From IMG/VR virus record IMGVR_UViG_3300033508_000392, positions 1 through 62,421 of that record: a stretch of DNA of 62,421 nucleotides; one strand, given 5' to 3'. The notes beneath the pieces were generated by a model that had not been told where the DNA came from, searched no databases, and saw nothing but the letters and a program-made list of their open reading frames with translations. Made by a program: the position numbers and the translations under genes. This document shows, one piece after another, positions 18,712-26,740 of this stretch (the stretch's first letter is position 1; every line of letters starts with the position of its first letter). Source of the stretch: a virus (taxonomy: Duplodnaviria; Caudoviricetes).

Positions 18712-19698
18712 ATGAAAAAATTAAGATATATTTATGAAATAAAAAATTTAATAAATAATAAAAATTATATTGGTAAACGTACTTGTCCTAAAAATTGTAT
18801 ACCGGAAACAGACAGGTACTTTGGTTCAGGTTCTTTTCTTCGTGGTCATTACACAAAAGTGAATGGAATATACGTTTGGATCAAAGGTGGTGGAGTTTTT
18901 GATAAATATGGTAAAAATAATTTTATTAAAAATATTGTTGTGAGTGGAATGTTTACTGTAAAAGAAATTGATGAGTACGAAAAGTATTATATATCATTAA
19001 ATAAACTTTCTGGAAAAGCTGAGTATAATATTACTCTTGGTGGAACTGGTTATAAAGCATCGCAAGCATTTAAAGGTGCAAAATGGTACAATGATGGAAA
19101 AATTGAATTATTATCAAAACAACCAATAGAGGGATTTAATTCTGGAAGAATTGAAAAAACAAAAAAACCAAAAACAAAAGGAAAATATAATTGGTTTACA
19201 AATGGCGTTATTGACTTGATTTCAGATATTTGTCCAGAAAATTTTGTTAGAGGTAAAACAAATAATAGACCACCAAGTCAATTAGGAAAAAAGTGGTTTG
19301 AAAAAGATGGGAAATATGGTATATTTTATGAAGGACAACAACCAGAAGGATGGATAAAATCAAGAAGAAATACTTTTCCATCGCTTAAAGGATTTCATCA
19401 ATATACTAATGGTATAAGTACGAAACTGTGTGAAGAAGGACAACAGCCAGAAGGATGGTATATTGGAAATCCACATATAAAAAATACACATTATTTTAAT
19501 AACGGTATTATTGATAAAATGTGTGTAGATGGAGAACAACCAGACGGATTTGTAAGAGGAAGACTATATAAAACAAATTCTGGAAAAAAATGGTATACTA
19601 ATGGAGTAAAAAATGGTCTTTACAGAGAAGGAGAACAGCCAAATGGATTTAAGCCAGGAACACTATCAAGAGGGCGGAAAAACGAATTTCAACAATAG
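18712..19698 (+). CDS. GIY-YIG homing endonuclease inserted in nadE
   Basis: YIY...YIG, YFGSG, YN...GG; about six W/Y-x-N-G...P-E/D-G repeats; GGAGG SD; AAGATAA at 18683. Confidence 0.85.
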   Translation: MKKLRYIYEIKNLINNKNYIGKRTCPKNCIPETDRYFGSGSFLRGHYTKVNGIYVWIKGGGVFDKYGKNNFIKNIVVSGMFTVKEIDEYEKYYISLNKLSGKAEYNITLGGTGYKASQAFKGAKWYNDGKIELLSKQPIEGFNSGRIEKTKKPKTKGKYNWFTNGVIDLISDICPENFVRGKTNNRPPSQLGKKWFEKDGKYGIFYEGQQPEGWIKSRRNTFPSLKGFHQYTNGISTKLCEEGQQPEGWYIGNPHIKNTHYFNNGIIDKMCVDGEQPDGFVRGRLYKTNSGKKWYTNGVKNGLYREGEQPNGFKPGTLSRGRKNEFQQ

Positions 19699-21058
19699 TA
19701 ATATTTATGGAATTAATCCAACCAAAGAACTCATTGAGGCCGGAGCAGATATAATTATCAACATTTCATCATCCCCTTGGGGTCCAGGAAAAAGTAGAGC
19801 CCGTGACAATCGTGTAAGAGAACTGCACGATGAGTTGGGTGACCGCTTCGTCCCCTTCTACTATGTGAATGCTTGTGGTGTTCAGAACAACGGCAAGAAC
19901 ATCATCCTCTTTGATGGTGATAGCCGTGGTTATACCAAGAATGGTGGAAAAATCTCTCACAAGGGTTTGAAGGCTTACGCTGAAGGTATCATCTACTTTG
20001 ACAAGGCTGATCATGACCCCAAGAACTGGCCCATGTTTATGCCTGACCCTCGTACTGCTGAAGATATTAAGATTGATGAAAAGATGGCTGGTATCCTCCG
20101 TGCCTATAAGGGCATTGATGAAATGATGGGGTATGAGCCGAAGTACGTCTTTGGTCTCTCTGGCGGTATCGACTCTTCTCTTAATGCTACCTTGGCTGTT
20201 CTTGCTCTTGGCAAGGAGAGAGTTATGGGTTTCAACCTCCCCAGTAAGTACAACTCTTCCAAGACGAAGGGTGCTGCTGCTGAACTGGCTGCCAACCTCG
20301 GCATCTCTTATGAAACCATCAGCATTGAAGATATTCTCGCCCCCACTATTAGTATGCTTAAGGGTGTAAGTGGGAACGACCTTCCTTCTCTCGTGGAAGA
20401 GAATGTCCAGGCCAAAATTCGTGGCACCTCCATCCTCTCCAACATTGCTGGTATGGTTGGTGGTGTAATGACCAACAATGGTAATAAACTGGAAATTGCT
20501 CTTGGTTATGCCACCCTCTATGGTGATGTAAATGGCGTCTTTGCTCCTCTTGGTGACCTCACCAAGGTTGAGATTTGGGAGATGGCCAACCGCATCAATA
20601 AGAGGTATGGCAACCTCATTCCTAAGTCGATGATTCCTGATGATGACTTTGAGTTCAACGATGGAATTGCTCCTTCTGCCGAATTGAAGGACAACCAGCT
20701 TGACCCAATGAAATGGGGATATCACGATCGCATGATTGAGATGATGATGGACTTCAAGAAGCATGGTCCTGAAGATTTCATGTGCTGGTACCTTAATGGG
20801 GAATTAAGTGAAAAAATGGGAGTGAGTGACCAGTTGCTGAAGAAGTATGGTTTGGATGATGGAAAGACATTTGTTGATGACCTGGAGTGGTTTGTCAAGC
20901 AGATGCAGAAGTCTGTCTTCAAGCGTGTCCAATCTCCTCCCATTGTCCTCCTCTCGAAGACTGCCTTCGGTTATGACCTGCGTGAAAGTCAGTTTGTTTG
21001 GGAAAGTAGCTTAGAGTATGACCGTCTGCGTGTTAAGATTCTTAATGGAGGTAAGTAG
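19643..21058 (+). CDS. nadE: Glutamine-dependent NAD+ synthetase, C-terminal fragment (rest of glutaminase domain plus synthetase domain)
   Basis: NPTKELIEAGADIIINISSSPW, FDGDS, GLSGGIDS, ENVQAKIRG, GYATLYGD, PSAEL; AAGGAG 9 nt before ATG 19643 (the ORF could also open at 19613). Confidence 0.9.
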   Translation: MDLSQEHYQEGGKTNFNNSNIYGINPTKELIEAGADIIINISSSPWGPGKSRARDNRVRELHDELGDRFVPFYYVNACGVQNNGKNIILFDGDSRGYTKNGGKISHKGLKAYAEGIIYFDKADHDPKNWPMFMPDPRTAEDIKIDEKMAGILRAYKGIDEMMGYEPKYVFGLSGGIDSSLNATLAVLALGKERVMGFNLPSKYNSSKTKGAAAELAANLGISYETISIEDILAPTISMLKGVSGNDLPSLVEENVQAKIRGTSILSNIAGMVGGVMTNNGNKLEIALGYATLYGDVNGVFAPLGDLTKVEIWEMANRINKRYGNLIPKSMIPDDDFEFNDGIAPSAELKDNQLDPMKWGYHDRMIEMMMDFKKHGPEDFMCWYLNGELSEKMGVSDQLLKKYGLDDGKTFVDDLEWFVKQMQKSVFKRVQSPPIVLLSKTAFGYDLRESQFVWESSLEYDRLRVKILNGGK

Positions 21059-21294
21059 TGGAAAGAATTAAGGCTGAGGATATGCGTAAGTTGGCTGACG
21101 ACTCTAAGAATGAGTATGGCGTGATTGCTAAACTTATTCAGGTTGAAGCTGAAATGAAGAAGACTGAGCTGCATATTTATCAATATGTAAAAGAAATTGT
21201 TTTGATTATGCTCGAGGAGGATGGATTCGAAGTTATTCGACAACCAAGTATTGCCATCCAGAAAGACAATCTTTATTATACTGTGAGGTGGTGA
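21058..21294 (+). CDS. Hypothetical protein
   Basis: GGAGG SD, GTG start. Confidence 0.6.
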   Translation: MERIKAEDMRKLADDSKNEYGVIAKLIQVEAEMKKTELHIYQYVKEIVLIMLEEDGFEVIRQPSIAIQKDNLYYTVRW

Positions 21295-21444
21295 TATGAA
21301 AGAAGAAGATTATAAGACAGAACTTGAATATCGTGAACAATTACTTAGAGGCATGCTTAGGTTTGTTGTTCCCTATATGAGTAACAAATCTAAAGAAGCG
21401 GAAGAAATCATCCGCCGCAGTAAAGAACTTGTGGAGAAAAAATA

Positions 21445-21651
21445 ATGCTTAAACCTGATTTGACCAAATCTGCCTTCTCTTCTGGCCTCTTCCCTGCTGA
21501 AATGGCTCGTATCCAGATTGGCCTCTGTGCCATCTGTTCTGAGCCTGTCAGGGAAGAGGATTTCGCAGACTCTCTTTCTAAAAGGGAGTATTCTATTTCT
21601 GGTTTGTGCCAACACTGTCAAGATGAAGTGTTTGCCGAAGGAGAAGATTGA
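21445..21651 (+). CDS. Small zinc-finger protein
   Basis: CAIC...SKREYSISGLCQHCQDEVF. Confidence 0.7.
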   Translation: MLKPDLTKSAFSSGLFPAEMARIQIGLCAICSEPVREEDFADSLSKREYSISGLCQHCQDEVFAEGED

Positions 21652-21652
21652 T

Positions 21653-21970
21653 ATGAAGTATATTTTGATTGTGTTGACAGCTTTGCTATTGGTATCCTGT
21701 ACTCCCTATATCAAGACAGATCAGGTTGGTACTTCAATGCTTCCTGACGGGTATGAGTTGAAGGAGATTTATACTGGTGGGTATCACGTCTTCGTCATTT
21801 TCAAGGATGGACTACCATATCAGGGAACTGGTACTGGTTACTCCAGCGGTAAGACCACTGCCAATGTTTCATCTCTGGTTGTCGAATCAGCTGAAGATGA
21901 AATTGCCGACCTGAATAAGAAAATTGAAATTGCCAAGCTCAAGAAGCAGTTGAAAGATTTGGAGAAGTAG
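21653..21970 (+). CDS. Putative lipoprotein
   Basis: MKYILIVLTALLLVSC signal peptide/lipobox; AAGGAG SD. Confidence 0.7.
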   Translation: MKYILIVLTALLLVSCTPYIKTDQVGTSMLPDGYELKEIYTGGYHVFVIFKDGLPYQGTGTGYSSGKTTANVSSLVVESAEDEIADLNKKIEIAKLKKQLKDLEK

Positions 21971-21972
21971 TA

Positions 21973-22311
21973 ATGTGTACAACTTGTGACGATAGTGGTA
22001 AAATTATTGTTGGTGGTTTTGAAGGAGTTGATACTATTACCTGCCCAGATTGTACTGTAAAACAAGCCAAAAATTTTTTAATTGAAACGATCATCCTTGA
22101 AGGAGAGGTTACTCTTAACAAAGCCGATGGTGGTGCAGCATTGATTAGTGATCAAATTTCAGAAGGTCGGGGAAATAGCGATTCTGGTATTTATGTCCGT
22201 ATTTGTAGTTGGGATGATGATTTTTGCTACGGTAGAACATCTTCTCCCAACCACAAAGACATTGAATCTCTTCGTGGTAAAAGAGTTAGAGTTACTGTGG
22301 AGATTATTTAA
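21973..22311 (+). CDS. Hypothetical protein with N-terminal CxxC...CxxC
   Basis: CTTC...CPDC. Confidence 0.65.
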   Translation: MCTTCDDSGKIIVGGFEGVDTITCPDCTVKQAKNFLIETIILEGEVTLNKADGGAALISDQISEGRGNSDSGIYVRICSWDDDFCYGRTSSPNHKDIESLRGKRVRVTVEII

Positions 22312-22805
22312 TGGGGAGGGAAATAGAACGCAAGTTTTTGATTACCAAGTTGCCTGAGGTTTTTACTACTATGGAGCCCGATATGTATATCAGTCAAGCC
22401 TATGTTGATACTAACATCACCATACGTATACGACTCATCGAATGGTGTCGTCCTCAGAGGTCTGAAGCTGTTATGACTATTAAGAAGGCGGTGGAAGGAT
22501 TTACTCGTCTTGAGTATGAATTCCCTATTCCTCATAAAGAAGCCTATGACATGATTGTGGAATTGTGTGGTGGTAAAGTTATGGAGAAAGAGCGTTTTCG
22601 TTTTATATATCCTCTTGAAGGAGAGAATAGACACATCTGGGAGATTGACATCTTCCACGGTCAGTTTGAAGGTCTCATTCTTGCTGAAATTGAACTTAGT
22701 TCTGAGGATGAAAAGTTTGAGAAGCCCTCCTGGATTGGTGAAGAAGTTACTTCTGACAAGCAATACACCAACGAGAATATGTTTAGGGGGATGAAAGATG
22801 CGTGA
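22311..22805 (+). CDS. CYTH-domain protein (triphosphate tunnel metalloenzyme)
   Basis: EIERKFL, RLEYEFPI, WEIDIF, LAEIEL, PSWIGEEVT. Confidence 0.9.
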   Translation: MGREIERKFLITKLPEVFTTMEPDMYISQAYVDTNITIRIRLIEWCRPQRSEAVMTIKKAVEGFTRLEYEFPIPHKEAYDMIVELCGGKVMEKERFRFIYPLEGENRHIWEIDIFHGQFEGLILAEIELSSEDEKFEKPSWIGEEVTSDKQYTNENMFRGMKDA

Positions 22806-23948
22806 ATTTATTTTGAAAAGGATTGAAGACTTAAAAATTAAGGAACGTGGTTTCCCTAAGGATACTATGCGTTGGAGAAATTCTGAGTTTGATGGAAAAC
22901 ATTTCTCCGTTCTGAAGTTTGAAGATTTGTGTAACGAAGATTTGATACAAGTTTTTGAACTACTTCTTTTTAAATATTACAAGAATATGGGGTGAGCATG
23001 AGTAAAGAAGATGATATTGCGAGAGAAGCAAAGGACATACTTTCTGGTAAGCCACGTAGTGCAGCCTACAGTCAACAGGGTGGTTTCATCCGTTTCTTTA
23101 TTAAGGGAACTGATAGCAAGAAGATGGAGGATTTTGGTACTAACGTCAAAGACTATCTTAGTTCTGGTGTTAAGGGGTATGAAAACATTCGAATTATCAA
23201 CACTGTAGAAGGTGATTCAATTTGTGTTATTGAAGTTCAATCTTCTGACAAGTTTAGTATTCTTAAGGATAGATGGGAAGCTCTTTCAAAATTTGCCGGA
23301 TTTCCTCCTCTGGAGATTCTATGATGAGTGAAGATCAAGAAGCAAAAGACTTTCTTCTTGGGAAGACAAGAATAAAAACTTATACATATGTTGGAAAGTT
23401 TGTCATCTATATGAAGTTTGATTCCAAGAGTAAGAAGCAGGTTAAAAAGTTCATTAATCAATTTATTACTCTGGTGGAGAGGAAGGGAGTGGTGAGGATA
23501 TTGGATAACCCATATGAGAAAAGTAGTATTTTTGTTACTACCTTCACAAACTCATACGATTATATAATTAAAGATATTGCTATAATTTGGAAAGAATATA
23601 CTGACTTTATGAAGGTACCAAATGAGTGATGCTGCTATTGCTAAAAACTTCCTCCTTGGGAAGGATAATCTTTCTGTTGTTCGCAACAAAGAAAGTATCA
23701 AATTCTTCATGCGCTACTTTAAAGAGAATAAGGAAGAGTGTAGAAACTTTCTTAGAGAGATTGAAACCTATGTCTGTGAGCTTGCAGATAAGAAGAAGAG
23801 AACTACAAGATATTGGCACTTTTTTAATAATCCCTACGGAGACAGCGTGATGCTGCTCGAAGTAAGACATGATGCGAATGTAATGACCAGTATTTATGGA
23901 AGATGGGAATATCTTAGAAATTTTGCCGACCTGAAGGAGGAAAAATGA
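22798..23948 (+). other. Run of four small hypothetical ORFs (22798-22995, 22992-23324, about 23321-23629, 23622-23948); the last three share an N-terminal AK(D/N)xLxGK motif
   Basis: EAKDILSGK, EAKDFLLGK, IAKNFLLGK. Confidence 0.65.
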
Positions 23949-24136
23949 AATGTCCCCTTTGCCATAAAGAAAATAACTGTAGTATGATTCATGGTTCAAT
24001 CGATGGGTGCTGGTGCCTAACTGTATCAGTACCCTCCTCTTTATTGAAGTTGGTTAAAACAGAAGATGGATGCATTTGCCGAGAGTGTATTGATAAAGAA
24101 AATATTCGTTTAGAGGGTGTACAAATCTCGGTTTAA
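23945..24136 (+). CDS. Cysteine-rich CWC family protein
   Basis: CPLC...C...CWC...CICRECI. Confidence 0.8.
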   Translation: MKCPLCHKENNCSMIHGSIDGCWCLTVSVPSSLLKLVKTEDGCICRECIDKENIRLEGVQISV

Positions 24137-24152
24137 ATGATAGGATGTAAAT

Positions 24153-24704
24153 ATGAAAACTATCAACCTCTATGTCTGTGATGTCTGCGGTAAAGAAAGC
24201 CGTGTCCTTGATACTCTCACAAAACATGAAACTGCTTGTAAAAGGGCAAAGGCTCTTGAGGAGAAGAGGGAGAGGGAGTACCTCACCCTGAGAGATGAAT
24301 TCTGTGAACGCTTCACTCTTGAGAATGCTGCTGACTGTATCAACTGGTTTGTTGGTGAGATGTTTGACGACCACTTCCCTGAAATCAAAATTAAGGTGAG
24401 GTATGAAGAGTGTGCCTCCAATAGCCATGAAGCTCCCATGGGTGGAGTTACCAACTGGCATCATACCAACGACCTCCCCAGGGGTTATCCTGGTTTTACT
24501 GGCAGTATTGGCGGTATTTACTCTAAAAAGGGAAAGACCATCTCTCAATATTGCGGTTCCTTTGGTAGGAAGTATTCTATGCCCATCTCCACAGGAACTG
24601 GTGGTGGAGACAGCAAAACATGGGGTTATGGTGTAACTTTCTGGGTGGATGACTTTCCGGATCTGCAGGTGAAATGCGCCAAAAGGCTTTTGGAAGAAGT
24701 TTGA
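24153..24704 (+). CDS. Hypothetical protein
   Basis: CDVC...HETAC zinc finger; AGGA SD. Confidence 0.7.
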   Translation: MKTINLYVCDVCGKESRVLDTLTKHETACKRAKALEEKREREYLTLRDEFCERFTLENAADCINWFVGEMFDDHFPEIKIKVRYEECASNSHEAPMGGVTNWHHTNDLPRGYPGFTGSIGGIYSKKGKTISQYCGSFGRKYSMPISTGTGGGDSKTWGYGVTFWVDDFPDLQVKCAKRLLEEV

Positions 24705-24717
24705 TTTATAGTATAAT
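24689..24717 (+). promoter_or_regulatory. Promoter TTTGGA-N17-TATAAT
   Basis: Motif copy with 17-nt spacer. Confidence 0.75.
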
Positions 24718-24738
24718 AGATACATCAAGGAGAGTGGC

Positions 24739-25128
24739 ATGACTATTATTACTGACGAAATGATGAAGAATGGTTATAAGCTTGATTGGCGCAAAGGATC
24801 CGTCTATGTTTACAACCGTTCACGTGACAATCGTCAACAGCAGTGTGTTTGTCCGATTTGCGGCCAGAGTGCTCAAGAACAGGAAGATGGTCTTTGGTAC
24901 GAACATGCATATGAGTGGGACGGTAAAACGAAGATCACCACTGAGGCTTGCCATCTTCCTGAAGAAGATAAGATTCGTCAGGAGTTGGCCATCATCGAAA
25001 AGGCTTCGGATGAAGATATGTCTTTCAAGAAACTAATGAGGAGTAATGATTTCAGCCGGGAAGCTCTTCTTATTGCAGAAAAGAGGGAATACTACGAAAC
25101 TTACCGTTTTTATCAGCCTGTTTGGTAA
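24739..25128 (+). CDS. Hypothetical protein
   Basis: AAGGAG SD; CPIC. Confidence 0.7.
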   Translation: MTIITDEMMKNGYKLDWRKGSVYVYNRSRDNRQQQCVCPICGQSAQEQEDGLWYEHAYEWDGKTKITTEACHLPEEDKIRQELAIIEKASDEDMSFKKLMRSNDFSREALLIAEKREYYETYRFYQPVW

Positions 25129-25174
25129 AAGCATAATTTATTGTATAATGTAGGAGTTGATGGACAACTCTGAA
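25121..25174 (+). promoter_or_regulatory. Promoter TTTGGT-N17-TATAAT followed directly by NAD-gene hairpin motif copy 5 (pncB)
   Basis: -10 at 25144-25149; GTAG-GAGTTG-ATGGA-CAACTC-TGAA at 25150-25174. Confidence 0.8.
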
Positions 25175-25183
25175 GGAGATATT

Positions 25184-26362
25184 ATGAAAATGAACCCTAT
25201 TATCGTTAGTCTGTTGGATCAGGATCTTTATAAATTGACCATGCAGCAGGCTTTTTTCCACCAGCAATCTGCTCGGTGGGGTAAGTATGTTTTCAAGTGC
25301 CGCAATGCTGGCATTACCTGGACTGAGGAAATGGTTGAAGAGATTAACGCTCAGTTTGACCATCTTTGCACCCTCCGTTATACAGAAGAGGAGCTTTCCT
25401 ACCTTGGTAATATTCGGTTTATGAAGCGTGGCTTCATTGAATTCCTCCGTCTCTTCCAGTTTACCCGTAAGCACATCCGCATCTGGAAGAGTGGCGATAT
25501 TCTTCATATTGAATGTGAGGGTCCCGTCTATCTCACTTCTCCCTTCGAAATTTTCACTCTGGCGATTGTGAACGAGGTTTATTTCTACTTCACTGCTGGG
25601 CAAAGTGAAGAATTGTTTGCCAAGGGTATGGAGCGTTTGATTGAAAAGACAGATTTTATCCGTGCCAATCCTTTTCGTTTCACTGACTTTGGTACTCGTC
25701 GTCGTTTCAGCGCTCAGTGGCAGGAGACTGTTGTTCGCTACCTCTCTGAAAATCTTCCTAAGGAAGTTTTTGCTGGTACTTCGAATGTCTATCTTGCCAT
25801 GAAGCTTGGTCTTACCCCTATTGGTACGATGGCGCATGAATGGGTGCAACTCTTTCAAGGTTTGGATGGTGTTACTCTTGCCAATAGTCAGCGAGCTGCA
25901 TTTCAGGCCTGGGTTGATGAATACCGTGGGGATTTGGGTATTTTGCTTTCTGATACTCTTGGTTTTGGAAAATTCCTCAAAGACTTTGACCTCTACTTCG
26001 CAAAACTCTCAGACGGAACAAGGCACGACAGCGGTGACCCCCATGATTGGGCTCGCAAGATGATTGCTCACTATAAAAAGCTTGGTATTGATCCCAAGAC
26101 TAAGCAACTAGTCTTCAGTGATGGTTTGGATGCTTATGCCGCTCATCGTCTCCAGAAGGCTTTTGGGGATCAGGCTCTTCTTTCGTTTGGTATTGGTACC
26201 AATTTGACCAATGACTTTCCTGGTATCATCCCTCTTCAGATTGTTATGAAGATTGTCACTGTTGATGGAAAGCCTGTTGCCAAGATCAGCGACAACCCGG
26301 CCAAGACCATGAGCGATGACGTCGAGTTTGTAAACTACCTCAAGAAGGTATCGAAGGTATGA
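25184..26362 (+). CDS. pncB: Nicotinate phosphoribosyltransferase
   Basis: SLLDQDLYKLTMQQA, DFGTRRRFS, GTSNV, GTMAHEW, RHDSGDP, VFSDGL, FGIGTNLTND, AKISD. Confidence 0.93.
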   Translation: MKMNPIIVSLLDQDLYKLTMQQAFFHQQSARWGKYVFKCRNAGITWTEEMVEEINAQFDHLCTLRYTEEELSYLGNIRFMKRGFIEFLRLFQFTRKHIRIWKSGDILHIECEGPVYLTSPFEIFTLAIVNEVYFYFTAGQSEELFAKGMERLIEKTDFIRANPFRFTDFGTRRRFSAQWQETVVRYLSENLPKEVFAGTSNVYLAMKLGLTPIGTMAHEWVQLFQGLDGVTLANSQRAAFQAWVDEYRGDLGILLSDTLGFGKFLKDFDLYFAKLSDGTRHDSGDPHDWARKMIAHYKKLGIDPKTKQLVFSDGLDAYAAHRLQKAFGDQALLSFGIGTNLTNDFPGIIPLQIVMKIVTVDGKPVAKISDNPAKTMSDDVEFVNYLKKVSKV

Positions 26363-26488
26363 ACGCTACCCTGAGAATGGATGTTGTTACTTATGATGGA
26401 TATAAACCATAACTATTTAATTACACTTTTGTAACATATACAAATATGTAGTAAAGATAAGCATAATTACCCTGGGAGGTGGGATAAT

Positions 26489-26677
26489 ATGGTTAAGGCA
26501 AGCTGGTTAAAAAAGGCTTTTGTTGTTGCAAGACTTAGATTTATCGGATACGTTCATTGCGGTAATGGTAAGTTTTACAAAAAAAAAGCTGTTATTACCG
26601 ATAGTAGTGGTAGACAAGTAATTTATCGTGTTTATGGTGATGATAGTGTTATATTTCACTATTACTGGGACAACTAA
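26489..26677 (+). CDS. Small hypothetical protein
   Basis: GGAGG SD; followed by a terminator. Confidence 0.55.
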   Translation: MVKASWLKKAFVVARLRFIGYVHCGNGKFYKKKAVITDSSGRQVIYRVYGDDSVIFHYYWDN

Positions 26678-26679
26678 AT

Positions 26680-26706
26680 AAAACCCCTCAAGGGGGTTTT
26701 ATTTTT
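26680..26706 (+). terminator. Intrinsic terminator
   Basis: AAAACCCCT-CAA-GGGGGTTTT followed by ATTTTT. Confidence 0.8.
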
Positions 26707-26740
26707 AATAAATACATTATAAGATACATTAGGAGAAAAT

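Noticed and set aside
18664-19700. Group I intron or ribosomal bypass joining the nadE halves
   Set aside because: Only 47 nt of non-coding sequence 5' of the endonuclease and none 3' of it; no recognisable catalytic core. A hop of about 1 kb is implausible and fragment 2 has its own SD and ATG.
10463-25174. Leader hairpins as intrinsic terminators or a conventional palindromic operator
   Set aside because: No U-tract follows them, and arm sequences differ between copies while pairing is kept, which fits structure rather than base-specific dyad recognition.
25184-26362. Calling this gene Nampt/NadV or Namat (known NARP enzymes)
   Set aside because: Motifs match classical PncB, and pncA plus nadE are present; substrate specificity still needs testing.
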